A stretch of DNA of 32,962 nucleotides from Ginsengibacter sp. (GTDB lineage Bacteria > Bacteroidota > Bacteroidia > Chitinophagales > Chitinophagaceae), in contig JBDTHD010000277.1 of NCBI GenBank assembly GCA_039937075.1, positions 1 to 32,962 of the forward strand. The letters run 5' to 3'. Below are positions 18,208 through 27,685 of the stretch, piece by piece. How positions within the stretch are numbered: position 1 is the stretch's first letter; each line of letters opens with the position of its first letter. Below the pieces are notes generated by a model that saw nothing but the letters and a program-made list of their open reading frames with translations, made no database searches and had not been told where the DNA came from. A program made the position numbers and the translations under genes.

Positions 18208-19464
18208 ATGGGTAATCAAAATTATGCAGCTCAGTTTTATTCAGATATTTCAGGTAACGCTGATCTTCTTGAAAAAAATATAGAGGAATATCCGGCAAGT
18301 TCCGTTGCGCGTTTTATGTGGTTGTACCATCTCAAAAAAAACAAAGATGTCCGTTTTAAAGAAGTCGCGAAGCAGACCGGCATTTATTTAACCAATCCGC
18401 TTTGGATGGAATACCAACTGTCACAGCCAGGTTTGGCTGATAATACAGTAAACGAAGAAATTTCACAGAATCCTGTTTTGGAAAATGAAGCTTCGGAAAC
18501 AAGAAGCGATGACACAATTGTTGAACCCGTTGAAGAAATTGAAAACGAAGTTTCCTCTGATTTTATCGAACAAAGACCAGGAGAAGAAACTTTACACGCA
18601 GCAGTAAACGAAGAAATTTCACAGAATCCTGTGTCAGAAAATGAATCTTCGGAAATAAAAAATGATGAAGCAATTGCAGAACCTCTTGAAGAAATTAAAA
18701 CCGAAATTCCTGTTGATTCTATCGAACAAAAATCAGAAGAAGAAACTTTACATTCAGCAGTAAACGAAAAAATTTCACAGAATCCTGTTTCAGAAAATGA
18801 ATCTTCGGAAATAAAAAATGATGAAGCAATTGCGGAACCTCTTGAAGAAATTAAAACTGAAGTTCCTGCTGATTCTATCGAACAAAAATCAGGAGAAAAT
18901 TTGCCCGCGGTAGTAAACGAAGAAATTTCGCAGAATCCTGTTTTGGAAAATGAATCTTCGGAAGCAAAAAACAATGAAACAACGGTTGAACCTGTCGAAA
19001 AAATTGAAACCAAAAATATAAAAATAGCTTCTGCAGAAAATGAAAAATCTTCAGATGAAACAAGTAAACAAGATGAAAATGAGGACGAGGACGCCGAAAT
19101 TCTGTTCGAGCCACTTCACACCGTAGATTATTTCGCCTCGCAAGGTATCAAACTTAGTGAAGAAGCGTTGGCAAATGACCAACTTGGTAAACAGGTAAAA
19201 AGTTTTACAGCCTGGCTGAAAACCATGAAAAAATTGCATCCCGGCCAACTTCCGGAGCAAAATGAAGTAATTGAAAAAATTATCCAATCTTCGTCGGAAG
19301 AGTCAAACCAGAATGCAAATGTGCTGACAGAAGCCATGGCAGACGTTTTGGTAAAACAAGGAAAGCGCGAAAAGGCTGTGGAAATGTATGAAAAATTAAG
19401 TTTGATTAATCCTTCCAAAAGTGCGTACTTTGCAGCCAAAATCGAAAATTTAAAAACCGTTTAA
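18208..19464 (+). CDS. Conserved hypothetical protein with acidic repeat linker and C-terminal TPR-like helix pair
   Basis: C-terminal HTVDYFASQGIK, SFTAWLK and TEAMADVLVKQGKREKAVEMYEKLSLINPSKSAYFA; sits between lptE and secG. Confidence 0.8.
   Translation: MGNQNYAAQFYSDISGNADLLEKNIEEYPASSVARFMWLYHLKKNKDVRFKEVAKQTGIYLTNPLWMEYQLSQPGLADNTVNEEISQNPVLENEASETRSDDTIVEPVEEIENEVSSDFIEQRPGEETLHAAVNEEISQNPVSENESSEIKNDEAIAEPLEEIKTEIPVDSIEQKSEEETLHSAVNEKISQNPVSENESSEIKNDEAIAEPLEEIKTEVPADSIEQKSGENLPAVVNEEISQNPVLENESSEAKNNETTVEPVEKIETKNIKIASAENEKSSDETSKQDENEDEDAEILFEPLHTVDYFASQGIKLSEEALANDQLGKQVKSFTAWLKTMKKLHPGQLPEQNEVIEKIIQSSSEESNQNANVLTEAMADVLVKQGKREKAVEMYEKLSLINPSKSAYFAAKIENLKTV
18446..19010 (+). repeat. 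Intragenic tandem repeat, ~3.6 units of 156/156/153 bp (52 aa)
   Basis: Units start at 18446, 18602, 18758 and 18911 with YAGTAAACGAARAAATTTCRCAGAATCCTGT (VNEEISQNPV). Confidence 0.95.
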
Positions 19465-19465
19465 C

Positions 19466-19825
19466 ATGTTGATACTTTTTATAATCATTATCATTTTAGC
19501 CTCCATAATTTTAGGAGTGATAGTGCTTATTCAAAATCCAAAAGGTGGTGGGCTTAACTCATCTGTTGGAGGATTTAGCAACCAACTTATGGGTGTAAAA
19601 CAAACCAACGATATTTTAGAAAAAGGTACATGGCTTTTTGCTATAATAATTGGCGTATTGTGCATTACTTCGACTTTATTTATCCCAAAAACGGGTGGAA
19701 CTAATTCCAATGACAATTTAATTAACCAGGCTCCTGCTGGAAATCCGGTGGCACCGCAACAAAACAACACAGTTCCGATGCCATCAACGCAACAGGCTCC
19801 TGCAACTTTACCAAAGACAAAATAA
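19466..19825 (+). CDS. secG: Preprotein translocase subunit SecG
   Basis: VLIQNPKGGGL between two TM segments; LEKGTW. Confidence 0.95.
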   Translation: MLILFIIIIILASIILGVIVLIQNPKGGGLNSSVGGFSNQLMGVKQTNDILEKGTWLFAIIIGVLCITSTLFIPKTGGTNSNDNLINQAPAGNPVAPQQNNTVPMPSTQQAPATLPKTK

Positions 19826-19844
19826 AATTATTAAAAATAATAGC

Positions 19845-19875
19845 ACCCTGTCTCTATAAAAGGCAGGGTTTTTTT
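19845..19875 (+). terminator. Rho-independent terminator after secG
   Basis: ACCCTGTCT-CTATAAA-AGGCAGGGT followed by a T run. Confidence 0.85.
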
Positions 19876-19939
19876 ATGAGCATTTATTTCCGGAACGAAA
19901 AGAAAGACTTAATTTGACAAAACACATTGAAATCAAAAT

Positions 19940-20971
19940 ATGAAAACAGGGAAAGTAGTTTTAATTTTTATCCTGATCATTGCTTTGGTATCTATGTATG
20001 CCGCGTGGAGTATTTTTGGGCCGACTGTGCATGACCCGGAAAAGAAATTTCTGTACGTTAAAATTGGCAGCAATTACCAGGATGTAAAAGACAACCTGGT
20101 CAAAAATAAAATGATCGCCAACACATTTTGGTTTGACCAAATTGCAAAATATGCTGATTATCCTCAAAAGGTAAAAGCCGGAAAATTTAAAGTTACTAAC
20201 GGAATGAGCCTTTATCATTTGGTAAAAATGCTTCGTTCCGGAAAACAAAGTCCGGTTAACCTGGTCATTACCAAACTGAGAACCAAAGAAGATCTGGCTA
20301 AAAAAATAGCAGACAATTTTGAAACGGATTCTTCTGGGGTAATTGATTTTCTAAATAATGATGATTCCTTAAAAGAATTTGATGTTGATTCAAACACGGT
20401 AATGACAGACGTAATTCCCAATACGTACACCTACACCTGGAATACATCTATAAAAAATATCTTTAAAAAACTGTATGACGAAGAGCAAAAGTTCTGGAAC
20501 CAGGAACGTGTGCAAAAAGCGGAACAATTAGGCCTCTCTCCGAAGCAGGCGTATATATTGGCGTCAGTTGTAGAAGAAGAAACGAATAAACAGGACGATA
20601 AAGGCAAAATTGCAAGCGTTTATCTTAATCGTTTGAAAAAAGGAATGAAACTGGGGGCTGATCCCACGGTGAAATATGCCTTGCGGGATTTTGGATTGAA
20701 AAGAATTTATTATAAACATCTGGAGTTTGCATCTCCATATAATACGTATTTAAATCCAGGATTGCCACCGGGCCCGATTTGTACGCCGTCGATAAAAACA
20801 ATTGACGCAGTGTTAAATTCTCCGCAAACGGATTATTTATTTTTTGTCGCGAGGTCGGATTTTTCGGGATATTCTGATTTTGCTTCCAATTATAGTCAGC
20901 ATGAAATTTATGCAAAAGCCTACCAGCAAGCATTAGACAGTCTAATCAAGTCGAAGCAGCAGGGTAAATAA
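19940..20971 (+). CDS. mltG: Endolytic transglycosylase MltG (YceG)
   Basis: N-terminal TM, LASVVEEET, VYLNRL, LGADPTVKY and SPYNTY..PGLPPGPI. Confidence 0.95.
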   Translation: MKTGKVVLIFILIIALVSMYAAWSIFGPTVHDPEKKFLYVKIGSNYQDVKDNLVKNKMIANTFWFDQIAKYADYPQKVKAGKFKVTNGMSLYHLVKMLRSGKQSPVNLVITKLRTKEDLAKKIADNFETDSSGVIDFLNNDDSLKEFDVDSNTVMTDVIPNTYTYTWNTSIKNIFKKLYDEEQKFWNQERVQKAEQLGLSPKQAYILASVVEEETNKQDDKGKIASVYLNRLKKGMKLGADPTVKYALRDFGLKRIYYKHLEFASPYNTYLNPGLPPGPICTPSIKTIDAVLNSPQTDYLFFVARSDFSGYSDFASNYSQHEIYAKAYQQALDSLIKSKQQGK

Positions 20972-21015
20972 ATTAAAAAAAGACTATTTTTAATTTTTTA
21001 AATTCGAAAAGTGTT

Positions 21016-21969
21016 TTGCAAAAAAAGATAAGTTTTTTCCGTCACCCGGTAAAATACCTGGTTAGAAAAAGTAAAAAATGGTCGCCGCCAGGCTTCCAGG
21101 ACATCAAAGTCTATGGGGTGATGAAGCATTTATTTAAAGATTTCAATCTTCCCAGTTTTACAGAAAAAGCGTCTGCCATTTCGTATAATTTTATCATGTC
21201 GGTGCCCACTTCGTGTTTGTTTCTTTTTACACTAATTCCCAATCTTCCTTTTGTTTCAAAAAGAGGAATCAAGATGCAACTTCATGGATTGATTCACGAC
21301 ATCATTCCTTCCACCACGTATAACTCAGGATTGATACAGTTTGTAGATAGCTTTATTGACGGATCTAAAATTGGGATGCTTTCATTTACTTTTGTTTTAT
21401 CGCTGTTTTTTGCGTCAGGCGCCGTGATGGGCTTGATGCGTTCTTTCAATAAAAATCATATTGGATTTGAAAAAATAAAAGGCTTGAAAACCAGGTGGGA
21501 AGCCATCAAACTTACTATGATGCTTTTTGGTTTGTTATTAGCGTGCCTGGTTTTATTGCTGCTGCAAAGAAATATTTTAAATTGGATTGGCATTAGAAAT
21601 TTCCAGTTGAGAAATCTGATTTTGTATGGAAAATGGCTCTTCATCATAGGCTTAATTTTTTATTCTTACGCGTTTATTTATAGATATGCACCTTCTACTA
21701 CCCGGCGATGGAATCTTGTTTCTCCGGGCGCTGTAATTGCTACCTTTTTAACCATTTTGGTGACTTTAGCCTTTACAACGTTTGTAAATAATTTTGGGCG
21801 CTATAATTTACTGTACGGTTCTATCGGAACTGTTATGGTAATTATGATTATGATATTTTTAAATTCTTTGGTAGTAATGATAGGTTTTGAAATTAATTTA
21901 AGCATCAACACGCTAAAAACAATCGCGGAAGGAGAACAAGGTAAAAAGTTACCTGCTTCAAATAAATAA
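21016..21969 (+). CDS. YihY/virulence factor BrkB family membrane protein
   Basis: ASAISYNF, IYRYAP, PGAVIAT and YNLLYGSIG; multiple TM segments. Start codon uncertain (TTG). Confidence 0.9.
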   Translation: MQKKISFFRHPVKYLVRKSKKWSPPGFQDIKVYGVMKHLFKDFNLPSFTEKASAISYNFIMSVPTSCLFLFTLIPNLPFVSKRGIKMQLHGLIHDIIPSTTYNSGLIQFVDSFIDGSKIGMLSFTFVLSLFFASGAVMGLMRSFNKNHIGFEKIKGLKTRWEAIKLTMMLFGLLLACLVLLLLQRNILNWIGIRNFQLRNLILYGKWLFIIGLIFYSYAFIYRYAPSTTRRWNLVSPGAVIATFLTILVTLAFTTFVNNFGRYNLLYGSIGTVMVIMIMIFLNSLVVMIGFEINLSINTLKTIAEGEQGKKLPASNK

Positions 21970-22032
21970 AAATTCTCCCAGCTATTTTTTGTAGTGAATC
22001 GACAAATAATCTGAATTCCTGTTTTGTAAAAA

Positions 22033-22593
22033 TCAATCCGGAAAAACCCGGTTTACTTTTACAAACCGCGGCACAAAGTAAGAATTCATTCCAGAGATAA
22101 TTACCCCCCTTTCTGAAGCATGAATAAATTGAACATCTCCATTATTATTTTCCGTAATTATTCCTAAATGACCCACTACACCACTATTTGCATTAGTTCC
22201 GGTAAACAAAATTATATCACCGGGCCTGCATTTTTTAATGGGAATTTCTGTGCCGACGTTTGTAAAACTTACGGAAACCCGCGGAACGGATATATTGAAA
22301 TGGGCGAAAACATAATTCACCAAACCCGAACAATCAAAACCGCCTTTTGTACTTTCTCCACCATATTTATATTTAATCCCCATAAGAGTTTCTGCAAAAT
22401 CAACCACTTGATTTGGCGCCACATTTTTGGTATCAATTTTTCTCGACGGAACACTGTTTTTTATGTGAACAGTGCTACGAATGTCAGAACTCTTAGTAGT
22501 TTCAACATTGGTGGTTTTTCGCGACACGCTACAACCCGTCAAAATAAAAATAGAAATCAGAAAGGCAATAAATGAAAATTTCTTCATCAGCAT
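22033..22593 (-). CDS. NlpC/P60 (C40) peptidoglycan endopeptidase lipoprotein
   Basis: Lipobox LTG-C, YKYGG..GFDCSG, PGDIILF, GHLGI and FIHAS. Confidence 0.93.
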   Translation of the reverse strand: MLMKKFSFIAFLISIFILTGCSVSRKTTNVETTKSSDIRSTVHIKNSVPSRKIDTKNVAPNQVVDFAETLMGIKYKYGGESTKGGFDCSGLVNYVFAHFNISVPRVSVSFTNVGTEIPIKKCRPGDIILFTGTNANSGVVGHLGIITENNNGDVQFIHASERGVIISGMNSYFVPRFVKVNRVFPD

Positions 22594-22693
22594 TTAAAAA
22601 GGTTAATCAAAAATATCCTGATTTAGGGTAATAAAATATTTTGTGAATATCTGTAAAATAACATCATGTCCATAATAACTAAATGTTACAATT

Positions 22694-22724
22694 TTTGCGC
22701 TTTGCTCATTCTAAAGTAATTTTG
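22694..22724 (+). promoter_or_regulatory. Bacteroidota sigma-A promoter for lpdA
   Basis: TTTG (22694-97), a 19-nt spacer, then TAATTTTG (22717-24); matches the -33/-7 consensus. Confidence 0.75.
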
Positions 22725-22770
22725 CAAGGTTTTTAAATATAAAATTTCAAATAAAAATTTAGATATAATT

Positions 22771-24159
22771 ATGGCATACGACGTAATAGTTTTAGGCAGC
22801 GGCCCGGGCGGTTATCCTGCAGCAATAAGAGCTTCTCAATTAGGAAAAAAAGTAGTTATCGTAGAACGTGAAAGCCTTGGCGGTATTTGCCTGAACTGGG
22901 GATGTATCCCAACAAAAGCATTGTTAAAAAGTGCGCAGGTAATGGAATATGCGAATCATTCTGCTGATTATGGAGTAGAAGTAAGTGACCCGAAGCCCAA
23001 CTTTGAAAACATGATAAAACGCAGTCGTGGCGTTGCAGATAAAATGAATAAAGGGGTTACTTTTTTGATGAAGAAGAATAAGATAGATGTGGTGATGGGA
23101 GGCGGAAAATTAATTTCTCCAACGAAATTAGAAGTTACCTCTGCTGACGGTAAAAAACTAACGCTGGAAGCAAAAAATATAATTATTGCTACAGGAGCCA
23201 GAGCAAGGGAATTGCCTGCGCTAAAATTAGATGGCAAAAAAATAATTGAATACCGCAAAGCAATGAGTTTGGAAAAACAACCCAAGTCTATGATAGTCGT
23301 GGGTTCTGGTGCAATCGGAACTGAGTTTGCTTACTTTTATAACAGCATTGGCACTAAAGTTACATTGATTGAATTTTTGCCAAAGACAGTTCCTGTAGAA
23401 GATGAAGAAATTTCAAAAGAACTTGAAAAGAATTTTAAAAAACAGGGAATTACGGTAATGGTTAGCAGTGAAGTTACCAGCGTAGATATCAGTGGTGACG
23501 GCGTAAAAGCAAAAGTAAAAACACAAAATGGCGAAGTAATCATCGAGGCAGACATTCTTTTAAGCGCTGTTGGAATCGCAGCCAATATTGAAAATATTGG
23601 CTTGGAAGAATTAAAAGTCAAAACAGAAAAAGGTAAAATTGTAGTTGATGCGAATCAACAAACAAATATTCCGGGACTTTATGCAATTGGCGATTGTACA
23701 CCGCACCAGGCTTTGGCTCATAAAGCCACCAAAGAAGGAATTAATGCGGCTGAACACCTCTCAGGTGAAAAGCCAGAACCAATAGATTATAATAATGTTC
23801 CGGGTTGTACTTATTGTACTCCGGAAATTTCTTCAGTAGGCTTTACAGAAAAAGCGGCTAAGGATGCGGGTTATGAATTAAAGATTGGTAAATTTCCTTT
23901 TATCGCGAGCGGAAAAGCAACGGCAGCAGGCGCTACAGAAGGATTTGTAAAGGTAATTTATGATGCAAAATATGGTGAGCTTTTAGGTTGCCATGCAATA
24001 GGTTATAATGTGACAGAAATCATTGCCGAAATGGTGGTTGCCCGTAAATTGGAAACTACAGGCCACGAAATATTAAATGCAATTCATCCTCATCCAACAA
24101 TAAGCGAAGCCCTGAAAGAAGCGACTGCTGTGGCGTACGGGGAGGCAACAGATATTTAA
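22771..24159 (+). CDS. lpdA: Dihydrolipoyl dehydrogenase
   Basis: GSGPGG, GGICLNWGCIP, GSGAIGTE and HPHPTISE. Confidence 0.97.
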   Translation: MAYDVIVLGSGPGGYPAAIRASQLGKKVVIVERESLGGICLNWGCIPTKALLKSAQVMEYANHSADYGVEVSDPKPNFENMIKRSRGVADKMNKGVTFLMKKNKIDVVMGGGKLISPTKLEVTSADGKKLTLEAKNIIIATGARARELPALKLDGKKIIEYRKAMSLEKQPKSMIVVGSGAIGTEFAYFYNSIGTKVTLIEFLPKTVPVEDEEISKELEKNFKKQGITVMVSSEVTSVDISGDGVKAKVKTQNGEVIIEADILLSAVGIAANIENIGLEELKVKTEKGKIVVDANQQTNIPGLYAIGDCTPHQALAHKATKEGINAAEHLSGEKPEPIDYNNVPGCTYCTPEISSVGFTEKAAKDAGYELKIGKFPFIASGKATAAGATEGFVKVIYDAKYGELLGCHAIGYNVTEIIAEMVVARKLETTGHEILNAIHPHPTISEALKEATAVAYGEATDI

Positions 24160-24161
24160 GA

Positions 24162-24200
24162 ATGTAGGATTTTGAGATTTAGGATTTAGGATTTAGGATT
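24162..24200 (+). repeat. Heptamer microrepeat (ATTTAGG)x3 plus 2 degenerate units
   Basis: ATGTAGG ATTTTGAG ATTTAGG ATTTAGG ATTTAGG ATT, immediately after the lpdA stop. Confidence 0.85.
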
Positions 24201-24228
24201 AAAATTAAAAAATAATCATAACTCGAAA

Positions 24229-24444
24229 ATGGAGGACTGGGTACATAATCCGAATAAAAAACAACTGGGATTATATTCAGCATTGTGGTTTGTAGGCGTT
24301 GTATTGATAGTTTTATCGGCTACGAATTTTTTTACTGAAAGTGTTTTTATAAGAAAAAACCTATTTTTTCTATTTATAGTTATTTTTCCTACGCTCATTT
24401 TAATTCGGATGCTACGCAATTATTTTATCCATAATAAAAAATGA
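24229..24444 (+). CDS. Small 2-TM membrane protein
   Basis: 71 aa with two hydrophobic helices. Confidence 0.6.
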   Translation: MEDWVHNPNKKQLGLYSALWFVGVVLIVLSATNFFTESVFIRKNLFFLFIVIFPTLILIRMLRNYFIHNKK

Positions 24445-24635
24445 GCCCAATAATACCGACTTCCAAAACCAATAGAATTGCTTTGACAGTAATGTATGTC
24501 GCCCTGATTATTATTTCATTATTGCTAGTGAAGGATAATTTTTCTAAAAGCGCATCAGATTTCAAAAGCTGGATTTTTATTGTTTGGGTACTTTTTGCAT
24601 TGTTGCGATTATACAGAATTTGGAGAAGGCGTTGA
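24441..24635 (+). CDS. Small 2-TM membrane protein
   Basis: 64 aa with two hydrophobic helices and a basic C-terminus; ATGA overlap with the previous ORF. Confidence 0.55.
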   Translation: MSPIIPTSKTNRIALTVMYVALIIISLLLVKDNFSKSASDFKSWIFIVWVLFALLRLYRIWRRR

Positions 24636-24705
24636 ATATAAATTGTCAATTGCAATATTCTTGAGAATGCAGAATGCATTTCTAGATTACATTCTGAATC
24701 TTCGC

Positions 24706-26652
24706 CTAAATATTTGCCACTGCTTCTTCACCATACATCTGACTCTTGTATTTCAACGATGGCGATGGAATAAAATCTCCCAGCCCAAGTTTAGGCCATT
24801 TTTCGTCAACCGATTGAATGGTTTTGTCATCCGCGATAATAATATTCGGCCAGTCGCGATAAAATCCATCCAATTCTTTTGTTTTTAAAGTGCCGTCAAA
24901 ACCAATGCAAGCTACATACTGAGTAGGATTCTCCGTTATTTGTTTCTTTACTATAAAATGGTCTCTCCGGGGATCAAGGTTATTGCAAAATCGCCATAAC
25001 GTTACGGGTAAATCATTTGGATCTACAGTATGTTCTACATATAAAATCATTTTGATTCCTTCGATGATTTTCAATTCACAAATCGCTTCATGCAATTTTT
25101 TTACATGCTCTCTTTTATTTTTCTTAATAGCAATGACTAAACAGGGAATTGCCATTTCAAGCAACGAAGAATTAATTGCTTTTATTTCAGGAAAAATATT
25201 TTTTAACTCAGCAGAAGAATTTTCTGAATAACGGGGAAGCATACCTGAAAAATATTCATCTCTTTCCTCATCAAATTTGAACGTTCCGTCAATGCACATT
25301 TTTCCACCAAAACCCATTTTGCTACAACTGTGATCCAGCACATCCATCGGTCCCTGGGAAAAATAAATATCAGTAGAAGGATTTAAATTTTTAAATACAT
25401 CCTGAGCCAGCGCTTGATAATCACTTAATTTAAAAGTCCCGCCCTCTCCGGATTTGGACGCAGTAACCACCAATATTTTATTAAACATCATCTGCCCCGC
25501 GCCCCACATAGCATTCATCACCTTCTGTGCCTGCCCGGCATAATCTTTTTGAATTTTTGCGATTACCAAATTGTGAAATACTCCTTCAACCGGCATTTCC
25601 ATATCCACAATTTCCGGAACCAAAGTCATTTTAATCGGTGCTAAAAAAATGCGTTCGGTTGCTTTACCCAGCCAAGCATCTTCCTGCGGAGGAATACCAA
25701 CTATGGTTGCAGGATAAACCGGATTTTTTTTATGCGTGATTGCAGTGATATGAAATCTTGGATACCAATCGGGCAAAGAATAATAACCCGTGTGATCGCC
25801 AAAAGGCCCTTCCCAAATTAGTTCGTCATCCGGATCAACATAACCTTCAATAACAAAGTCTGCATCTGTTGGCACTTCTATTTCAGGCTGAGAAATACAT
25901 TTTACCAACTCTACTTTTTTCTTTCGCAAAAAACCTGCAAGCATGTATTCATCTACGTTTTCAGGCAAAGGTGCTGTTGCAGCATAAGCATAAACAGGGT
26001 CACCACCCAATGCAACGGCAATGGGCATACGCTTTTTCAATTTTTTATATTCGTTAAAATGTTTTGCCGAAACTTTATGTTTGTGCCAATGCATTCCAGT
26101 AAGTGTTGGCCCAAAGATCTGCATGCGATACATACCTACATTTCGCGATTGATTGTTGGGATCTTTTGTATGAATTACAGGAAGTGTTACAAACGGTCCC
26201 CCGTCTTTTGGCCAGCAAGTTATTACAGGAAGTTGGGTAATATCAGGATCTTTCATAACCACTTGTTGACATTCTCCTCTCCCGCTAATTACTTTAGGCA
26301 TCCAACTTGCAAATTGTCCCAGCTTTGGAAGCAATTTTAATTTATCAATGATATTTTCCTTCGGCGAAGAAAGTAATTTAAACAAATTCTCAATTTCCTT
26401 TGCAGTATCATTTAAATTGCTCACACCCAGAGCGAGACACATCCTTTTTTCACTTCCATAGCCATTCATCAACACCGGAAAATTATACCCTGTATTTTCA
26501 AAAAGCAACGCCTTCCCTCCATCTTTACTTTTACTTATCCTATCGGTGATTTCAGCAATTTCAAGATTTGGATTTACATACTCCTTTATCCGAATAAGTT
26601 CATTCTCTTTTTCGAGAACATTAATAAACTCCTGCAAATTTTTATAAGCCAT
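24706..26652 (-). CDS. ubiD: UbiD-family (prFMN) decarboxylase, menaquinone/futalosine-pathway MqnL-like
   Basis: RNVGMYR, EGPFGDHTGYY, VGIPPQED, GPMDVLDHS and GGKMCIDGT. The long C-terminal extension fits the MqnL-like subgroup (inference). Confidence 0.9.
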   Translation of the reverse strand: MAYKNLQEFINVLEKENELIRIKEYVNPNLEIAEITDRISKSKDGGKALLFENTGYNFPVLMNGYGSEKRMCLALGVSNLNDTAKEIENLFKLLSSPKENIIDKLKLLPKLGQFASWMPKVISGRGECQQVVMKDPDITQLPVITCWPKDGGPFVTLPVIHTKDPNNQSRNVGMYRMQIFGPTLTGMHWHKHKVSAKHFNEYKKLKKRMPIAVALGGDPVYAYAATAPLPENVDEYMLAGFLRKKKVELVKCISQPEIEVPTDADFVIEGYVDPDDELIWEGPFGDHTGYYSLPDWYPRFHITAITHKKNPVYPATIVGIPPQEDAWLGKATERIFLAPIKMTLVPEIVDMEMPVEGVFHNLVIAKIQKDYAGQAQKVMNAMWGAGQMMFNKILVVTASKSGEGGTFKLSDYQALAQDVFKNLNPSTDIYFSQGPMDVLDHSCSKMGFGGKMCIDGTFKFDEERDEYFSGMLPRYSENSSAELKNIFPEIKAINSSLLEMAIPCLVIAIKKNKREHVKKLHEAICELKIIEGIKMILYVEHTVDPNDLPVTLWRFCNNLDPRRDHFIVKKQITENPTQYVACIGFDGTLKTKELDGFYRDWPNIIIADDKTIQSVDEKWPKLGLGDFIPSPSLKYKSQMYGEEAVANI

Positions 26653-26656
26653 ATCA

Positions 26657-26664
26657 CAAAGATA
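26657..26664 (-). promoter_or_regulatory. -7 element directly before the ubiD start codon
   Basis: Minus strand reads TATCTTTG-TGAT-ATG. Confidence 0.65.
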
Positions 26665-26868
26665 CTTGAAGCTAAAGATTGGGAATTAACAATAACATTA
26701 ATTATCGCAGTAGACGAATAAAAAATAAAAATTTCTATTTTATCAACTCGTTATAGATGCCTTCCGCTTTGGTTCATGCAATGGATGTATTTCGTGGGTC
26801 TTGGTATTCTTTCTACCAAACTCTCACCTACTGAATTTTTGAAAAAAAAAGGAAAAAAGATGGTAAAA

Positions 26869-27645
26869 TCAAATCATTCGTTGTTTCATAGCTTCGTATA
26901 AGATCATACCGGCGGCGACAGAAACATTCAACGATTCAAAATCTTTTTGCATTGGAATTTTAAAACTTGCATCGCAAAGTTTATACAATGAAGGGTGAAT
27001 TCCTTTGTCTTCACTTCCCATAATTACCGCACAAGGCTCTTTAAAATTAAGATCAAAAATTTTCGTTTCTGATTTCATATCGCTTGCAAAAACTTTTATG
27101 CCGTTCAAATGTAATTCATCAATCGCGCTGTGTAATGTTTTAACTCTACAGACAGCGATATTTTCCAAAGCTCCCGCAGAAGTATTTATTGCATCTTCAT
27201 TTAAAGCTCCCACTCCTTTTTCAGGAATCACAATAGCCTGCACACCGCAGCAGTAGGCAGTTCTAGCTAAAGCACCAATATTCCGAATATCTGTAATTCC
27301 ATCCAAAAGTATCATTAACGGAACTTCCCCATTTTCAACAACAAAAGAAATGACATCCTGCAGGTTTTGGTATTTTATTTTCGATTTTATAGCGATGCAG
27401 CCTTTCGGATTCTCGAGGTTAAAATTTCTTATTTTTTCAAAAGGCACTTTATTCACCGGTACCTCAAACTCAAGTGCTATTCTTTTTAACTCATCTGCTT
27501 CATCGCCTGAGATGGTATCTTGCAAATAAATCCGTTCTAACTGAATTCCTTCTTTCATCGCATCCATCACGGAATGAATTCCACCGATTAAAAGATTTTT
27601 TTTAGGACGATGCTGTTGTGTAAATGTTCTATGTTGTGGCCTCAC
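26869..27645 (-). CDS. rlmB: 23S rRNA (guanosine-2'-O)-methyltransferase, TrmH/SPOUT family
   Basis: LDGITDIRNIGALARTA, TSAGA, IMGSEDKGI and ESLNVSVAAG. GTG start. Confidence 0.92.
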   Translation of the reverse strand: MRPQHRTFTQQHRPKKNLLIGGIHSVMDAMKEGIQLERIYLQDTISGDEADELKRIALEFEVPVNKVPFEKIRNFNLENPKGCIAIKSKIKYQNLQDVISFVVENGEVPLMILLDGITDIRNIGALARTAYCCGVQAIVIPEKGVGALNEDAINTSAGALENIAVCRVKTLHSAIDELHLNGIKVFASDMKSETKIFDLNFKEPCAVIMGSEDKGIHPSLYKLCDASFKIPMQKDFESLNVSVAAGMILYEAMKQRMI

Positions 27646-27685
27646 TTAATTATTTCTTGATTGATATTAAATACTAATCTCTATT

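Noticed and set aside
18446-19010. Possible CRISPR array (conserved ~30-bp head every ~156 bp)
   Set aside because: Intervening sequences are homologous to each other, too long for spacers, in frame within a gene, and there are no cas genes.
18384-19013. 209-aa antisense ORF with repeats
   Set aside because: Mirror of the Glu-rich tandem repeat on the plus strand; no independent coding signal.
19401-19432. Internal secG promoter (TTTG-N20-GTACTTTG)
   Set aside because: The -7 box deviates from TAnnTTTG and is explained by the codons for AYFA.
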